DNA of 64,000 nt from a virus. This document shows, in pieces, positions 62,327 to 64,000 of this stretch. The translations under genes and the position numbers were made by a program. The DNA is taken from positions 68,091 through 132,090 of IMG/VR virus record IMGVR_UViG_2974497520_000001; one strand, 5' to 3'. Numbering within the stretch: the stretch's first letter is position 1; each line of letters starts with the position of its first letter. Under the pieces are notes generated by a model that did no database searches, was not told where the DNA came from, and was given only the letters and a program-made list of their open reading frames with translations.

Positions 62327-62790
62327 AATAAATCTCTCAATTTGTTTAGGATGTCGATAAACTCTTTTTCAGTTAGTATTGTATCACATTCTGTAAGGTG
62401 GCTCGCCATCGAATGCTTTAAAACTTTGCCCTTTGTAGCTTGTAATGCGTCGCGGAATCCTTTGTTTTGGAGCGCTGCTTCAAAATATGCATTTGTATAC
62501 AACTCTTTCCATGATGTAGAGTATCTTGAAAAGGGAATTCCAAGCCAGAAAAGCGTCCCACGGTCCGCAGCTCTTGCATAAGCTCTTCCAGTTTGTTGTG
62601 CGGCCAGACCGGACATCCCAAATATACGTTTTTGTTGTTCATGATTTCTCACCTTACACCCTTGGAGGAATCCTTCGAGCCCTCCAAATTGGATACCATC
62701 CATAACGAAAGGCCATTTAGCAAAGTTACTTAATGCACATGATGGCCATGGAAAATTGCTTCTTATTTCTAACTCAGACATCTTTGACAC
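62323..62790 (-). CDS. 30.3: gp30.3 NADAR-family hydrolase
   Basis: SCALSNFAKWPF...EGFLQGCK...TILTEKEF. Confidence 0.88.
   Translation of the reverse strand: MSKMSELEIRSNFPWPSCALSNFAKWPFVMDGIQFGGLEGFLQGCKVRNHEQQKRIFGMSGLAAQQTGRAYARAADRGTLFWLGIPFSRYSTSWKELYTNAYFEAALQNKGFRDALQATKGKVLKHSMASHLTECDTILTEKEFIDILNKLRDLL
62418..62642 (-). CDS. 30.3': gp30.3' overlapping out-of-frame gene
   Basis: MNNKNVYLG...QMHILKQRSK resembles T4 30.3'; AGGTGAG Shine-Dalgarno 5 nt upstream. Confidence 0.7.
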   Translation of the reverse strand: MNNKNVYLGCPVWPHNKLEELMQELRTVGRFSGLEFPFQDTLHHGKSCIQMHILKQRSKTKDSATHYKLQRAKF

Positions 62791-62986
62791 TTATAATTTC
62801 GACATCAGCCCAATGACCATAACCAGGTAGACGGTCTTCAATAGATAATCCGCCATCAGATTTCAGCATTTTAATTGTTTTAGTATATGGTTCATCTTGT
62901 GGATGCACAGGAGATAAATCAGTTACACGATAAGTCACTTCGACCATTTCCGTACCTAATAATTTCTGAATCAATTTCTTAAACAT
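62774..62986 (-). CDS. 30.4: gp30.4
   Basis: MFKKLIQKLLGTEMVEVTYRV...GGLSIEDRLP. Confidence 0.85.
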   Translation of the reverse strand: MFKKLIQKLLGTEMVEVTYRVTDLSPVHPQDEPYTKTIKMLKSDGGLSIEDRLPGYGHWADVEIISVKDV

Positions 62987-62987
62987 A

Positions 62988-63182
62988 TTATCCTCGCTTT
63001 AAACATTTGATTACAGACAGTTCACCGCCCATGCGAACGTCTTCAGTTCCATCGACCCATAAGACGGTGTAGGCTTCTTTAATAGTAACATTACCTAATT
63101 TAAAAGCAGGTAGAACCTTGGAAATCATTCCAGGAATACCTACACCTTTTAACTGAACCGTTTGCGATAAGAATAATTTCAT
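62988..63182 (-). CDS. 30.5: gp30.5
   Basis: QTVQLKGVGIPGMISKVLP...WVDG. Confidence 0.85.
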   Translation of the reverse strand: MKLFLSQTVQLKGVGIPGMISKVLPAFKLGNVTIKEAYTVLWVDGTEDVRMGGELSVIKCLKRG

Positions 63183-63183
63183 G

Positions 63184-63480
63184 TTAGCCTCGGTATTTCA
63201 TTTGGAAGCAATGCTGCTCGTCACATTCAATAAAGAACTTGCGGTCTGCAGCAGAAATAATAATTCGTTCATCTTGACGGGCGTCCGTTTTGATAGATTT
63301 CATATCATAAGACACTTTATCATACGGTATATAGATTTTATACACGTCGCCATTCTGGGCGAAATCAACACGGAATAGCTCTAGACCTATTAAATCAGTT
63401 ACAAGACTGTTTATAGCATAGAACCCGTCAAGCTGGCTAGTAGGCAAACAGTACCATTTACCTTCAATAAACTCTAACAT
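63184..63480 (-). CDS. Hypothetical protein inserted between 30.5 and 30.6
   Basis: GAGGT Shine-Dalgarno before MLEFIEG; no recognised family. Confidence 0.65.
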   Translation of the reverse strand: MLEFIEGKWYCLPTSQLDGFYAINSLVTDLIGLELFRVDFAQNGDVYKIYIPYDKVSYDMKSIKTDARQDERIIISAADRKFFIECDEQHCFQMKYRG

Positions 63481-63488
63481 AATTAACC

Positions 63489-63776
63489 TCAATATCTCAT
63501 CTGAAAGCCGTGTGATTTAACATTACCACCATAGATGTCAGAGGTATTGACTTCACGGGCGACACTTGGGTCGATATTGATATCATGGTTGAGCTTAGTG
63601 ATTGCTAGGGTATCACGACCATTAACAGTACGGAATTCTACCGGGCATACAACATCAGCATAGGCCTTAATAGATTCACGAGTGGGTTGTTTGTCGGCAG
63701 GAACGTCTTTACCTGCTTTAGAGAAAACAACTTCACAGAAATTTTTACGAGTATCAAAATAAGTGGTCATAAACAT
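63489..63776 (-). CDS. 30.6: gp30.6
   Basis: MFMTTYFDTRKNFCEVVFSKA...NVKSHGFQMRY. Confidence 0.88.
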   Translation of the reverse strand: MFMTTYFDTRKNFCEVVFSKAGKDVPADKQPTRESIKAYADVVCPVEFRTVNGRDTLAITKLNHDINIDPSVAREVNTSDIYGGNVKSHGFQMRY

Positions 63777-63788
63777 AATATTTTCCTC

Positions 63789-63807
63789 AAAGGAGGCCGA
63801 AGCCTCC
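63789..63807 (-). terminator. UUCG terminator after 30.7
   Basis: GGAGGC-TTCG-GCCTCC-TTT. Confidence 0.75.
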
Positions 63808-63817
63808 ATTTTTAAGA

Positions 63818-64000
63818 TTAGATGTCGAATTCATTCAGAACTACATCAAAGATTGCTTCCAGGTGTTCAGGTTTAGCTCGGTTGCTCAGGATGTGACGAA
63901 TCCAAGTTTTAACCAGAAGCTTACGATTAACACCGTTCCAGCAAGGATGGGTACCTAAATCACGTTGACGGAAATCATCATCTAAAGCGATTTTAAAAGT
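63818..64000 (-). CDS. 30.7: gp30.7, C-terminal part
   Basis: FKIALDDDFRQRDLGTHPCWNG...EAIFDVVLNEFDI*. Confidence 0.88.
   Translation of the reverse strand, partial: TFKIALDDDFRQRDLGTHPCWNGVNRKLLVKTWIRHILSNRAKPEHLEAIFDVVLNEFDI

Overview
This 64-kb window comes from a T4-like (Tevenvirinae) myophage genome. The gp23 sequence, two gp24 paralogues, three alt paralogues and a two-tRNA set suggest a JS98/VR7-type coliphage (inference, not a database match). In order it holds the end of the e-tRNA region (two tRNA-like stable RNAs, tRNA-Arg(UCU), tRNA-Ile2(CAU), trna.2-4), an ip1-type locus with two capsid-targeted internal proteins, and 57B(Acb1)/57A/1/3/2/4. The baseplate, tail and head late cluster follows (53, 5-12, wac, 13-24), then rnlB, hoc, inh, uvsW/uvsY, hub genes 25-29/48/54, a tandem array of three Alt ADP-ribosyltransferases, DNA ligase (30) and 30.1-30.7. 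Three free-standing homing endonuclease genes are inserted (2/3, 18/19, 19/20). The least explained signal is a family of MotA-type promoter/leader elements. Two lie antisense, just downstream of the two HNH genes, face each other across the 25-kb tail cluster and share an exact 16-mer; one also shares an exact 17-mer with the uvsY promoter. They are candidate R-loop origins or antisense RNA sources. Also notable are a fibritin with two foldons, an early promoter/hairpin switch on the late strand, and a 41-bp duplicated junction in the alt array. Gene names rest on my recognition of T4 orthologues plus synteny; no searches were run.
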